Assembly: GCA_965235115.1 (NCBI GenBank)
Contig: OZ249437.1
Span: 47,740,001 to 47,804,000 of the forward strand
DNA from: Laetmonice hystrix
Lineage: Eukaryota
Length of the DNA stretch: 64,000 bases
Direction: 5' to 3'
The notes beneath the pieces were generated by a model that was given only the letters and a program-made list of their open reading frames with translations, made no database searches and was not told the origin of the DNA. This document shows positions 53,530 through 64,000 of the stretch, piece by piece; the stretch's first letter is position 1, and each line of letters begins with the position of its first letter. The position numbers and the translations under genes were made by a program.

Positions 53530-54489
53530 CGGGAGCAATAACCATTTTAATGATCAAACTGATCCCGAAACTTTGTGTTGACAGATGTCAGAAGGCAATG
53601 CCTCCTTTTCGGTTATGAGCTTAACTTTTTAAATGGGCGCATGTCAGCTGGACCAATCTTAATTATTTATTCTGACACAATAATATTACATTTGAAGAAA
53701 GATTTGACACTGAAGTAAAAACAGAACAATAATGGATTTTTTTATTGCATTCTTTTCATTATTGAGTTACTACAAAGCAGCAGGTCGATTACAAGGTTAA
53801 GGGCACTTTACCCTCGATACTCGAGGTACGGAGGAGGATTTCAAACTTTCACCACGCGTACATTGTTTAAATTCGTTGAGAATTATTTTATTATATTTAC
53901 GATATGATCCTAACTTGATTTAAAAAAAAAGAATATGGTCACTTAAAATGAGTCGTAAGATTCTTGAGCTGTCATTAATGAACAGTGACTTTTGTTTCCA
54001 TATTTCAACTAATCTCCTGAAGGGGCCAGGGCCTCTAACCGCTCTGTATTGCTCGTAGTTAGCGACTCCGCAAAGTTTAACGATGATTCGGTGCACGTTG
54101 AGCCAACAGTCTGTTCCCAACGCCCACACAGCGTAATTCCGTCCACTTTTAACATTTACTAATGAAACAACGAGCAATCTCTGTGAGGTTGTTACGAAGA
54201 TAGAAATTTGTACTCAACTACAATGGCCAACAAATAACTGATAATCTATAGCCAAGTTGGGAATAACGATTTGGTAGAAGTGTAAAGAAAGGGTTTAGGC
54301 TGAAGAGTGAAATAGGACTGCCAACCTGAAACGTGACAGTTCTAAGTGACGTTGAATGGCGGCAAGAACCCTCCACACGCTCCGTACACGGTCAGTCCGG
54401 AGGCAAATCAATGCGTGAATTTAGCTTGATTTACGGTTGTCGTTTGACGCCAGCAAACACACCAATCCATGCCTGTAACCTGCGACTTG

Positions 54490-54790
54490 AGTTACAAGAA
54501 CACAAAACTGACCGTGAAAATGATACTTAGTGACGACGTTGTTAGGATTCCAGTCATGGTACTCTTATTATGAACACTGTACGATTATGGTCATCGACTC
54601 GGAGGTCAACATCCTACCATTTCACGCGACAAAATCTCTTCGTGAAACCTTCAATTCTGGTGGAAGCGTTTCGCTTTATTTCCGACAATGTCAGCACCAA
54701 CTCGTGGGATATCAACGACCGCAGGACCGTAAAAGGATCAAGATTTGCCCCATTTTTATTACACATAGTGGCACACTAATTGCACCACTA
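54490..54790 (+). mobile_element. L2-like LINE RT remnant
   Basis: Motifs in RT order across frameshifts: HKTD (HSTE-like), VLLL*TLYDYGH (VLLDLSxAFDTVDH-like) and VKGSRFAPFLL (QGSxLAPxLF-like). Confidence 0.4.
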
Positions 54791-56486
54791 TTATGGCTTC
54801 CATCAACCAACATTCCATTAGTGTTCACGAGAGAAAACGTTTGGGGCCGCCCAAATTACATGACGTACGCAAATAAAAATAAGGTTTCGGCCCCCTGCCG
54901 CCGTACGTACACACCATAATCGTACAGGCTACTACCGGGTAAACACCCCTGTCATTCTCTTTGGGGTTGGTAGGGGGGCACGTCTCACAAACATATCTGA
55001 CGCTAGGTGGAGCAGAGGTCGCATCCTTTACGTACCAGTCTGACACCCCAGCTCTCAGTCACATTGTAGCAACCTATTGCTGTGCATTGTTTAGTGACTG
55101 CAAGCGTGTTTCGGCATGACGTGCTCCTTCCCCCTCCCACTTCACTCCCCCCCCCCCTATATGTGATCAGCTACTTGCTAGTGACTGCACTGCGTCTGGT
55201 CAGCTAAAACTTGCATATTGATCAAACATGCCGGTGACGAAATAGTCCACCATTAATGTGGTGTTTATCTTATTTAAAATGTCGTCCATCAACAGAAATG
55301 TACAGCCTGTCCACCCCGCGTACGTCAATCTGTCCGGACTAGACTGTCAGTAATCCAAGGAGTGTCTAAAGTTGTGTCACGTTCACCCAATACCAGGACA
55401 TGTATCTGTTTGTCAGACAAACGTTTTGATAACATTAAATGCTACATCAGCAAGGATCAAGTGACTGCTACTGTACATAAAGTTGTGTTTATATATAGCG
55501 GCAGTGTGAGTGACTTGCGTTAAAGATATCTTGTTTGAATTGTGCCGGTACTTCGTTACTGACGCCTATCTTCTGACAACTCGAAAAACTGTTCTAAGTA
55601 CTCAAACGGAGTATATCTTCTCCTATTGAACCTACTATTTTTCCCGATGCCCAGGTAACCGTATTGTAGCTTTCCGCACAAAATGACTCCTAGTGAACTA
55701 GGCATACGATCTTCGATTTGCTTGATTGTCACGAGTTTTATTCTTTTCCTCAAAAGGAATGGGCTTATGGCGCAAACCGCCCACGTAGCTCGGACATCCC
55801 TGGCAATATAACTGTTCATTAAGTTACGATAAGTGTATAGGAGAAGGTAACGGTCAACATTTTCCTTTTCAACGAGTTCTTCAAGGTTATCTGACATCTT
55901 AGTGGTTCAACATGACATGAGACCCGTATCAGCCGGATTGTATTGGCAGTCTGCCATAACCGGTAGTCGGTTATCAATATCGTTTGTTCCAAATTGACGT
56001 TTTGTTTTCTTTTTTCATTCAAGACCTATCGACAATTAGCATTTACAAGTTCGGCTCTCTACATGGATTAGTACAAATTATAGGAAATATTCTTTAGAGC
56101 CACTTGAAACAATTGTGCTCATTAATGATTAACCAAACCAGACACCGACGATTAATATTAATAATTGCACAGCAGCGGGACAATGGGCTCCAACTAGATT
56201 TATCATTAGCTTATGATTAGCACGAGTTTCATCGTTTCGCGACAAAAACCTAAACTGTCTACTTGAAAATATTTTCCTGGAATAACTACTACTGAAGAAA
56301 CTATTTTGTATCCCTGGCACCTTTCTACATTTAAACTACGAATTCAACATGACGTGTATGGGCGAGTGAGTTAACTTGGGGTATTTAACGCCCTGTGAGC
56401 ATATTTCAGGGGTGGGGTGATAATTAGGATGAAGTGAGGTTGAAACCTGCAACTGGAAAAAAATTTCTAATCTTTTTGAACCTAAA

Positions 56487-56693
56487 AAATGTACGTTTCT
56501 ATACGTACACACGCACGGGTTGCCGGTAGCCTGACTCTAAATGTACGTTTCTATACGTACACACGCACGGGTTGCCGGTAGCCTGATTCTAAATGTACGT
56601 TTCTATACGTACACACGCACGGGTTGCCGGTAGCCTGACTCTAAATGTACGTTTCTATACGTACACACGCACGGGTTGCCGGTAGCCTGACTC
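56487..56693. repeat. Minisatellite, 52-bp unit, 4 copies
   Basis: AAATGTACGTTTCTATACGTAC starts at 56487, 56539, 56591 and 56643. Confidence 0.95.
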
Positions 56694-56789
56694 TCATAGA
56701 CATTTCCATATACTACTTCCGGACCTCAAACAAGGGGCTGAGTATACTACGTAATATACTATATTAATTGAGCTTTATCCGTCGGCAAC

Positions 56790-57400
56790 TAATGCCATAA
56801 TGCCATATTCTCGAAGAGAGAAGACAAATGTTTTCATCCATTAACGGACTATGGCAAGAATCATTCGGGATTCCCTCGGGCATATGACGTCATTTCTGCA
56901 TATACCCTCGGGTGAATTGGGCGCCATTATGGCAACCAGATACATGGCGAAATTGACCCGTGTAGCGAGGCACTGATTGAACCGTCATATCCCATCGAGC
57001 CAGGAAGTAGTGCATTATTGAAACCTGCTCCTTTTCATCATATGTGCAAATATAAATTTCTGGTATGAAGGGGAACGTTTGAAGAAGAAAAATGAATCAC
57101 CTAATTTACCTAAATTGGCGTGATACGGTAATTTATCAAATTATGGGAAGAAATATGGCCGTGCCCATGAACGACAACACGACCCATGGTAGCGTTACTT
57201 GTATCATGAACATGATTTTATCACATCTTTGCCCACTGGCTTTGGGAAGAGCACGAGAGGCCTATTTTAGTTGCTTCCATGCCTGATACAGACATGATTT
57301 TCCGGCTCAATGTACCCGCGATACAATGCTCAATATGGCGCTCGATTCATCCGAGGCGACTTTCGAAGATATGGCCGAGGATTCCCGATTGTGGCATGAA
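56790..57400. mobile_element. Possible non-autonomous DNA transposon with imperfect inverted ends
   Basis: Left ATGCCATAAT..GCCATATTCTCGAAG and CGGGATTCCCTCGGGCATAT resemble the reverse complement of the right end (ATGCCACAATCGGGAATCCTCGGCCATATCTTCGAA). Confidence 0.35.
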
Positions 57401-57929
57401 TGTTCATAGATCTTCTGTTTAAACTGAATAACCCCCATTCAATACCACTGCATGTCCACGTAAATATTAAACAAACACCCTATATTTTTCCATGAAAAAT
57501 ATTAAGAATTAAATCAGATTAGATAGCTGTCAGCCGGTTAACATTTAAACGGCGAATGGAAACGGATGGGGATTCAGGATTTGACACATGTCTCTGTAAT
57601 GTGTCAGTGCTCTGTTAGTTCTCTGGCTGACGTATCTGGATATTTACTCGTGTCACACATTTATCTACGTTCACAAATAACAAATACGTTGTAGTGCATT
57701 ATTTTTCAGAGATAAACATGATGAATTCATCACCATACCTACGATAAGATATGTTTTCTAGTTAGTAAGATAGAAACCCTTACCGCCCGCCTCGTCTTAT
57801 CGAGGTCCAATGTAATGTCTGTATAATGGATATATTCTTCTCTTCACTGGAGATTACCTCCAGGGGCTGCTACTACTCCTGGGACCTCCCAGGAGAAGCT
57901 GAGCTAGGAGGTAGCTGTCACAAAATCCT

Positions 57930-58410
57930 CCCAATGGTCCATCCACCGCCAGCGCACATGTGAACAAACCGCTGAGAACATCCTCAATTGTACATGCCTC
58001 GTCTTTGAACTACATCATCAAATCCTCTCACGGAATTTTAACACGGTGAAGCACCTGGTCTCTTGATCCCCAACCTCCCATCAGGGGTTCCCGAATTACT
58101 ACAGCAAGCATTTATATTTCAGAGCATGCCCAAAAACTGCGCTTACTAAAGAGTCGGGGAATAAAGACGACAGTCGGATGGTCACCGAAGACAGTATACT
58201 GTCTCTGTAAGTGGCCAGGTGTGACCTTGGCTTTCTACCATGATTATTTAAACTAGGTAGTATGAAGGTGATGTTGATGTCCAACAGATTACTGTCAAGT
58301 CTACTTGGGTATGTCCTTAAACCTAAAAGCTCGTAAGCTCGTACATCTCGTCTTCCTCTCAGGACACAACTCTCCACCCAAACAATCCACCACGTTTTCC
58401 ACTTGATGGA
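57930..58410 (-). mobile_element. Gypsy-like integrase C-terminal remnant
   Basis: Minus strand KW..., LATYRD...TIRLSSLFPD and VRWRWMDH resemble LLxYR...LRTRLxLLxP and WRRHxDH. Confidence 0.3.
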
Positions 58411-58835
58411 CACAACCTCGGATGCGAAATTTTACACCTCCAATATACTACATTGTTTGAGACCAAGGTGAACACGTGGCCAAGCCCATGGTTGCCTATG
58501 AATACTGTGATACTCGGGGTCGCAGGTGCAAGCTGCGCTCACACTTCTCGAGTTTTTATAGTCGTCCGACTATTCGAGTCGGCTGATTGCCAGAACTTCG
58601 AAGGGTGTCGGCATACAGTCGGTCTCGGTGACCAGAATCTGCCCAATCAGAATATCTTGATACGCCAGATTCCCCCCCCCCCCCCCCAAAGATTCACGAT
58701 CGGCCGATGAAATACGCAGGCCAAGCGAACAGCGGGTACAAATCATGTAACTAGGTCTATCATGTGATCGAGCAATCACAGCAAGAAACCTCACGGTCAT
58801 ATAGCCAGACTCATTCACGAAATTCACGCACGCCA

Positions 58836-59228
58836 GCCGATCATGACTAGGCGGGCAATCTTAAGTCAGGCAATAAAACGTCGGCCGATCATGACTAGTC
58901 GGGCAATCCAAGTCGGGCAATAAAACGCCAGCCGATCATGACTAGGCGGGCAATCTTAAGTCAGGCGATAAAACGTCGGCCGATCATGACTAGTCGGGCA
59001 ATCCAAGTCGGGCAATAAAACGCCAGCCGATCATGACTAGTCGGGCAATCCAAGTCGGGCAATAAAGCGCCGGCCGATCATGACTAGTCGGGCAATCCAA
59101 GTCGGGCAATAAAGCGCCGGCCGATCATGACTAGTCGGGCAATCCAAGTCGGGCAATAAAGCGCCGGCCGATCATGACTAGTCGGGCAATCCAAGTCGGG
59201 CAATAAAACGCCGGCCGATCATGACTAG
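58836..59228. repeat. Minisatellite, 47-48-bp unit, about 9 copies
   Basis: GCCGATCATGACTAG starts at 58836, 58884, 58931, 58979, 59026, 59073, 59120, 59167 and 59214. Confidence 0.95.
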
Positions 59229-62020
59229 ATCTTGCCGAAATAAAGCCCACTGCAGGCGAGCAGGATTTGACATTTACGTAAAGCCGGAAATACCCAACTC
59301 AAATTCGTCTCCATCCAACCGTTTTTTTTTATTTAGTGAAGCCTCTACTCAGAGCCAGTTAACTGTAGCCTGGTCGGGCTGAGGCCCAATTTCAAAATAT
59401 CCTGCAAACTTGTGTTTTATTCTTGTTTTTTTTTTATTCAGAATTTTACCTGAATAATTACATTGGCAGTCTAGTTACTACTCTCGAAATTTATCTTACA
59501 TCACGTAATACAAGTCTCGTCCGATACCACAATGGCCATGGCACCAACAATGGCCATGGCACCAGTCATTCAACCCTTCTGCCACCTCATGCGAACACTA
59601 GTTTCTTGTTAATTATCATTTCTACCATTGCTAATTATCATTTCTACGTGATTTCAATGGGTTAACGCTTACAGAATGTCACGTACTGCGGGCCTTACAT
59701 GGCAATTTCATTCGTTAGATTTCCCATGCTGTTAATACAATTTTCAGTGAACGACTGGTTATGCGAGCTGCCGCCTCCACAATCCCCATACCGATATTTT
59801 ATATCGAACTCACGATAACTATGACGTCGGCACATAATACAAGATCTATCAAGAATAGCCATCAAGAAATTAATCTTGCATACACCACTTTATCAAAAGT
59901 GATCAAAACTTCGAGACTTGATACGATATACAATACTTTTAAGACTTGCAAAAGTTAGGTCTCAGCAAGGCTTTCATATTTCCTCCCTGAATACTATAAC
60001 GCGAGATTCAGGAAAGGTCAAAACAACATCTTAGAGTCAGAAGGAAACTTTAAATGAATAGTCTTCTCATGATTTGAGATGTTGAGTAAATTCAGCATTC
60101 TACCTTGCTGAAATCTTGTTCTAAAAAGAACTAGTCATGTAACGGGTGTTTTATAAATGTCGTCGAGCTGACTGAGCCGAACCTTACTACGATTCACAGA
60201 CATCCTTTAAGTGGCCATCCTTGTGAAGTATTGGCACAGCTCTGGGAGGTGGGTGTGACACGACACTGAGGTGTACCTTGGGGAGAACCTCAGTGGCTGC
60301 CGCCATCGGTTGGTCAGGGGTTTCTCTATATCTCTATCAAACGGCAACCATGGGACGAGAAGGTCAATGCATATTTGATATGCTCTGTCCACAGCACGCG
60401 CCTGGCCCCTTGACTAGCACTGTCGGTATATATCCACAGCGTTAGCACTAGAAAGTAAATCAGAATCAATGGTTTCGTTAGCTTGACACGACGGGATCAA
60501 GTTTAACTGATGGCCGGGGCCCTAGTGACGTGTTTTCCCTATCAACTGTTTCCTCTACCAGAAAAAATGAAATTCATCGGGCGATGAACCGATGGATTTC
60601 ATTGGCTGTTCAAGTCAATGCCAGGTCAATAAACAGCCATGAGACGATCGCCTCATAGCGACAACAGGCAACTGGAATGTTGAATTTCATTAGATCTCTG
60701 CATTTCTGTGGGTATACATTTATTAATTTATGTAGTATAAGACCTTATCTAACCTACCAGCCCATGTCTGCATTTTGGGGTTATTGAAATGAGAGATACT
60801 CGCAGATTACTTTAAGTGAGCAGCTTTTTTGGTGGCCTGAAAAATGTAAGAATTCGACCATTAGTGGCCCGGCCTTGCAAATCTCGTGAACGACCAGTGG
60901 TTCGCACAGGCCTGAGGTGCTTTATGGGGTCCATTCAGACATGTAAGGAATTCTCATCGCCTTCATCGACTGAGGAAGAATTTTTTCCATCTTATACTCA
61001 ACTCGACATTGCTCTGCCTCAAGAAATTAGAGGCACGGTAATAAGCCGCTGCTCCGGGCCCATGAAGCCACATCCAATGTCAGCTATCAGCAAGGCTTTG
61101 AAACGCTTGTCTCAATCCCTTGCCGAGACGGAGAAACATTTTTTTTTTTTTTGCTATATTTCAGAAGTTTGGTCCCATACTTCATACTTCAAGCACTCCT
61201 CATACAAAATGGAAATGTTAAGCCACTAGAGGAATGGTCCCGTACGATGCAGCGCCTATCAGAGATTTCTTTCAATCCTGAATTAAATCAGGGTTTTTTA
61301 CACATCATGTATGGTCCCATCCACTCCCGCTGGATTTCAACAACGCAAATCTATCGGTTGCATATATAAAAAGAAATTAAACTTGAGCCGACAATGGTTG
61401 ACAGGAGCCGGTTGTATACAGTTGACGCCTGTATTGTCCATGGAGAATTCAGATTCCAATCGACTTTTTGAGGCACTCGTACACCACATAACCAATGCAC
61501 CAGGTTCCACTTGTTTCTTGTTCATACATCTGGTGCATGAAGTGGACAGAGAGTGAAGGGTGCGGTCCATTAAAACATCAAATAACCGATGTATGGACTT
61601 GAGGGACGGTTGAATTCAACATCGGACGGGAGGCAGGTGGTGCACGAGTCGGGCTCTCCTTGTGGGAACACCGTGAGTTGACTAACAAATCTTATATTCT
61701 TACTCGACAAACAGTTCATGCATTCAACCCATGTAGAAGTCCATTGCTTATCAAATTTAATTTGGACCACCATGAAGGCAATGAGACTTTGAGAAAGTGA
61801 CAACTTGCATGCCACTTGCCTAGTTACATATAATTATATTATACATATATAATATCTAAATGTTAATTGCCGATTTATAGGCCTACTACCGTTGTTGTAC
61901 AAACCATAGATTCACTGTATCAATGGTAGAATAATAACAGGAATATACTGTGCAATATAATATAAGCAATGAAAGTTAGAAAGAACTGTTAAGAAACAAA
62001 AATTGGCGAGTATCATTTAT

Positions 62021-62070
62021 GGCCCTGTCCCACCTTGCCGGATAGCACAAACGGACCTGCCCCGGACAGA
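62021..62070 (+). mobile_element. Possible solitary Harbinger-type terminus
   Basis: GGCCCTGTCCCAC after TAT resembles Harbinger TIRs. No partner TIR found. Confidence 0.25.
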
Positions 62071-62603
62071 AACTTTGTAAAATATAACCATCCGGTGGTG
62101 AAAGTCGTCTCCGTTGCTGCTCGAGGCCCCCAGAAACAGATTTTGGAGCGGATTGACCGCACAATTACCGGAAAATTAGCGGCCAATCTAACGGACACTA
62201 CCGTACGAGTAATGGACAAGAACTGGACAAAACGAAAGCAGAACGCTAGAGAAGCTGACAAAACGTTCTTTGAACGTATCTGTTCAGGTCATGTTCAGGT
62301 CATGACCTGCCATCCTGGGAGAGGTAGAATTGTTAATTAAGAGTGACTATTTTATGATCAGAAACAGTAATATTTGTAATTAGAGACAGCGGCCTATTCG
62401 AAACACCCTTTTTTGTATCACCTGTAATCGTCTTAAGTGTTCTGACTGCCGTTTCATCCAGGTAGTACAGCAATAATCAAAGTGACTCCATAATATGATG
62501 TTTTGTTACACTTTAGTACATCCAGCCAAAATATCGTCTGGACTAGAGAAAAAATAATATATCCACATTGTTTTGTTTATCATAAAAGTTTATAAGCCTG
62601 TAC

Positions 62604-62745
62604 CTATGAAATATTGCAGGCTATGAAATGTTGCAGTATTGTGTCACTGCAATATTTCATAGGCAGCAATATTTCATAGCTACAGGCTATGAAATATTGC
62701 AGTGACGCAATGCTGCAATATTTCATAGGCAACAATATTTCATAG
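62604..62745. repeat. Mixed direct/inverted array of a 16-mer (fold-back)
   Basis: CTATGAAATATTGCAG variants, seven copies, in orientation F F R R F R R. Confidence 0.9.
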
Positions 62746-64000
62746 TACACCGGCTCTCCCACCATCCCCACCACCATCCCCACCATCATCCCTGCCACCA
62801 CCCCCACCCCTCATTCTGGCCCGCGGCAGAACAACGAATAAGCATGGCCCTGAATGAGCATGGCTAATAGTCGCCGCAAGGTGTACATGTCTATATGGGT
62901 AGATTCAGCTAACCCCATATTACAACATCTGTTTTAAAACTTGTCCAGTGTTTTAAACCTAGTGCTGCAGCATCCAGTTCTTGTTGAATCTGAAGCCCAA
63001 TAATATTTGCCACTAGTAATTAATACGGGTGTGGAGATTGCGGCTCTCATTGGGACACCTGCATGGACGTGTTCGCCAACACGGCCACGCTGACCGCGCA
63101 TCACCTCTGAACCCGTGTGTCTCTTCACTCATTCAATACCGATATTAACTGCTCCACGGGGCAGCTCCCAATCACACTCGGCACATACCCAGTGTCAGCC
63201 CGGCCAGGGACATACCACATGCTCTCTCCGAAACTGCACCCACCACTGCATCAGGTGGGCCTTTCAAGTTTTGTGGGTGCCCCGCCTTCATGCAATCAGT
63301 ACACACATATATATACTTTCACAATTCTCCCATCGAGTGGATCTCGGTAGGACTTCCTGCAGTGGAGATGACGAAGTCCTGGGGCGTGGGAGGTGGAATC
63401 GGTGACACGGGCCAGCCATTCATTTTCCTTAAATAGAACCTGTAAGGCAAATTCAATAGACGGCCCATGTTGGAGTGCTGGCATGACAGCAAGGACGTGG
63501 CGCCCAGGGCAGGCACGAGCGGACACAACTGATTGCAAGCTATGGCCATGTTCACCTGTAATATTTATCCACAGATGTACAACCCTTTTCGGCCTGGCAA
63601 GAATTGACCCGCAGTGCCCACAGTGGGGGAGCCAGCGGCTGAGGGCACGGCCCTGGGGAGCGCAATGATAACGGGGAACCTCTTCGGCAGAACACGGCAC
63701 AACCAGCCACGTACGGCACTGCCTTGGGCCCCAGTGGTCGGGTCTCTGCACCCACCAGTCCCAGCACAAACTACGATCGACTTGTATTCATTGCTACAGT
63801 CGAAGTCTGTAATATTGTCACAATAATTCCACGTTATGAGGCAGACAGGCGTGACTGTCTCACAAACAGTTTGACCGATAACCAAGTACGGTATTTACAT
63901 ATCAACGGAAGAACCCGCGCGATTGTAAGGAAAAAGAGACAGGAGAGACAGACAGATTTGACAGGTTGTTGGAAACTGCCGTCTTCCTCCAGATAACGTC

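Noticed and set aside
51815-53538. Repeat-protein ORFs in the 41-bp array (also those in the 41.3-41.9 kb and 4.9-5.2 kb arrays)
   Set aside because: Unit lengths are not multiples of 3, frames are interrupted by stops (TAG in TCTAG-type variants), and the ORFs are by-products of tandem repetition.
55556-55990. 113-aa minus ORF with an upstream GTNDI (LINE ORF1 SGNH esterase-like)
   Set aside because: Only a 5-residue motif in a different frame. No other SGNH blocks are recognisable.
31781-59228. CRISPR array interpretation of the repeat clusters
   Set aside because: Units are head-to-tail with no unique spacers, no cas genes are present, and the context is spliced eukaryotic DNA.
59760-59900. 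Gypsy RNase H motif EFDIKYRYG (minus strand)
   Set aside because: Single short motif, without the expected ADALSR downstream.
63117-63200. Arrestin-domain C-terminal motif (LPITLGTYP)
   Set aside because: An in-frame stop lies just upstream, there is no convincing acceptor and no other arrestin exons were seen.
1-64000. Hammerhead ribozymes in satellites
   Set aside because: The CTGATGA occurrences I checked (for example 3461 and 48554) lack the paired stems and downstream GAAA/UH geometry. No array unit contains the core.

Overview
Non-coding-dominated eukaryotic (animal, probably marine invertebrate) genomic DNA. GC is moderate by eye, with many poly-G/poly-C tracts. I can identify only one host coding exon with confidence: a 122-nt minus-strand internal exon (42044-42165) of MRG/MORF4L-binding protein (MRGBP, Eaf7 family, NuA4/TIP60 subunit). 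It is missing from the ORF track. I could not recognise any other MRGBP exon in the 42 kb downstream or 21.8 kb upstream. The rest of the window is (i) at least 12 unrelated minisatellite arrays (units 26-103 bp), concentrated at 31.8-59.2 kb, and (ii) transposon debris: heavily decayed Gypsy-like, LINE and PIF/Harbinger fragments, a tRNA-derived SINE and several MITE-like elements. Almost all ORF-track ORFs look like chance or repeat/TE by-products. No CRISPR array, prokaryotic operon or intact mobile element was found, and I cannot support a new biological system here. The best leads are the isolated MRGBP exon, a frame-preserving candidate cassette exon 2.2 kb downstream of it, and the dense minisatellite cluster with hairpin-bearing units. 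All TE family calls come from motif recognition by eye and need database confirmation.
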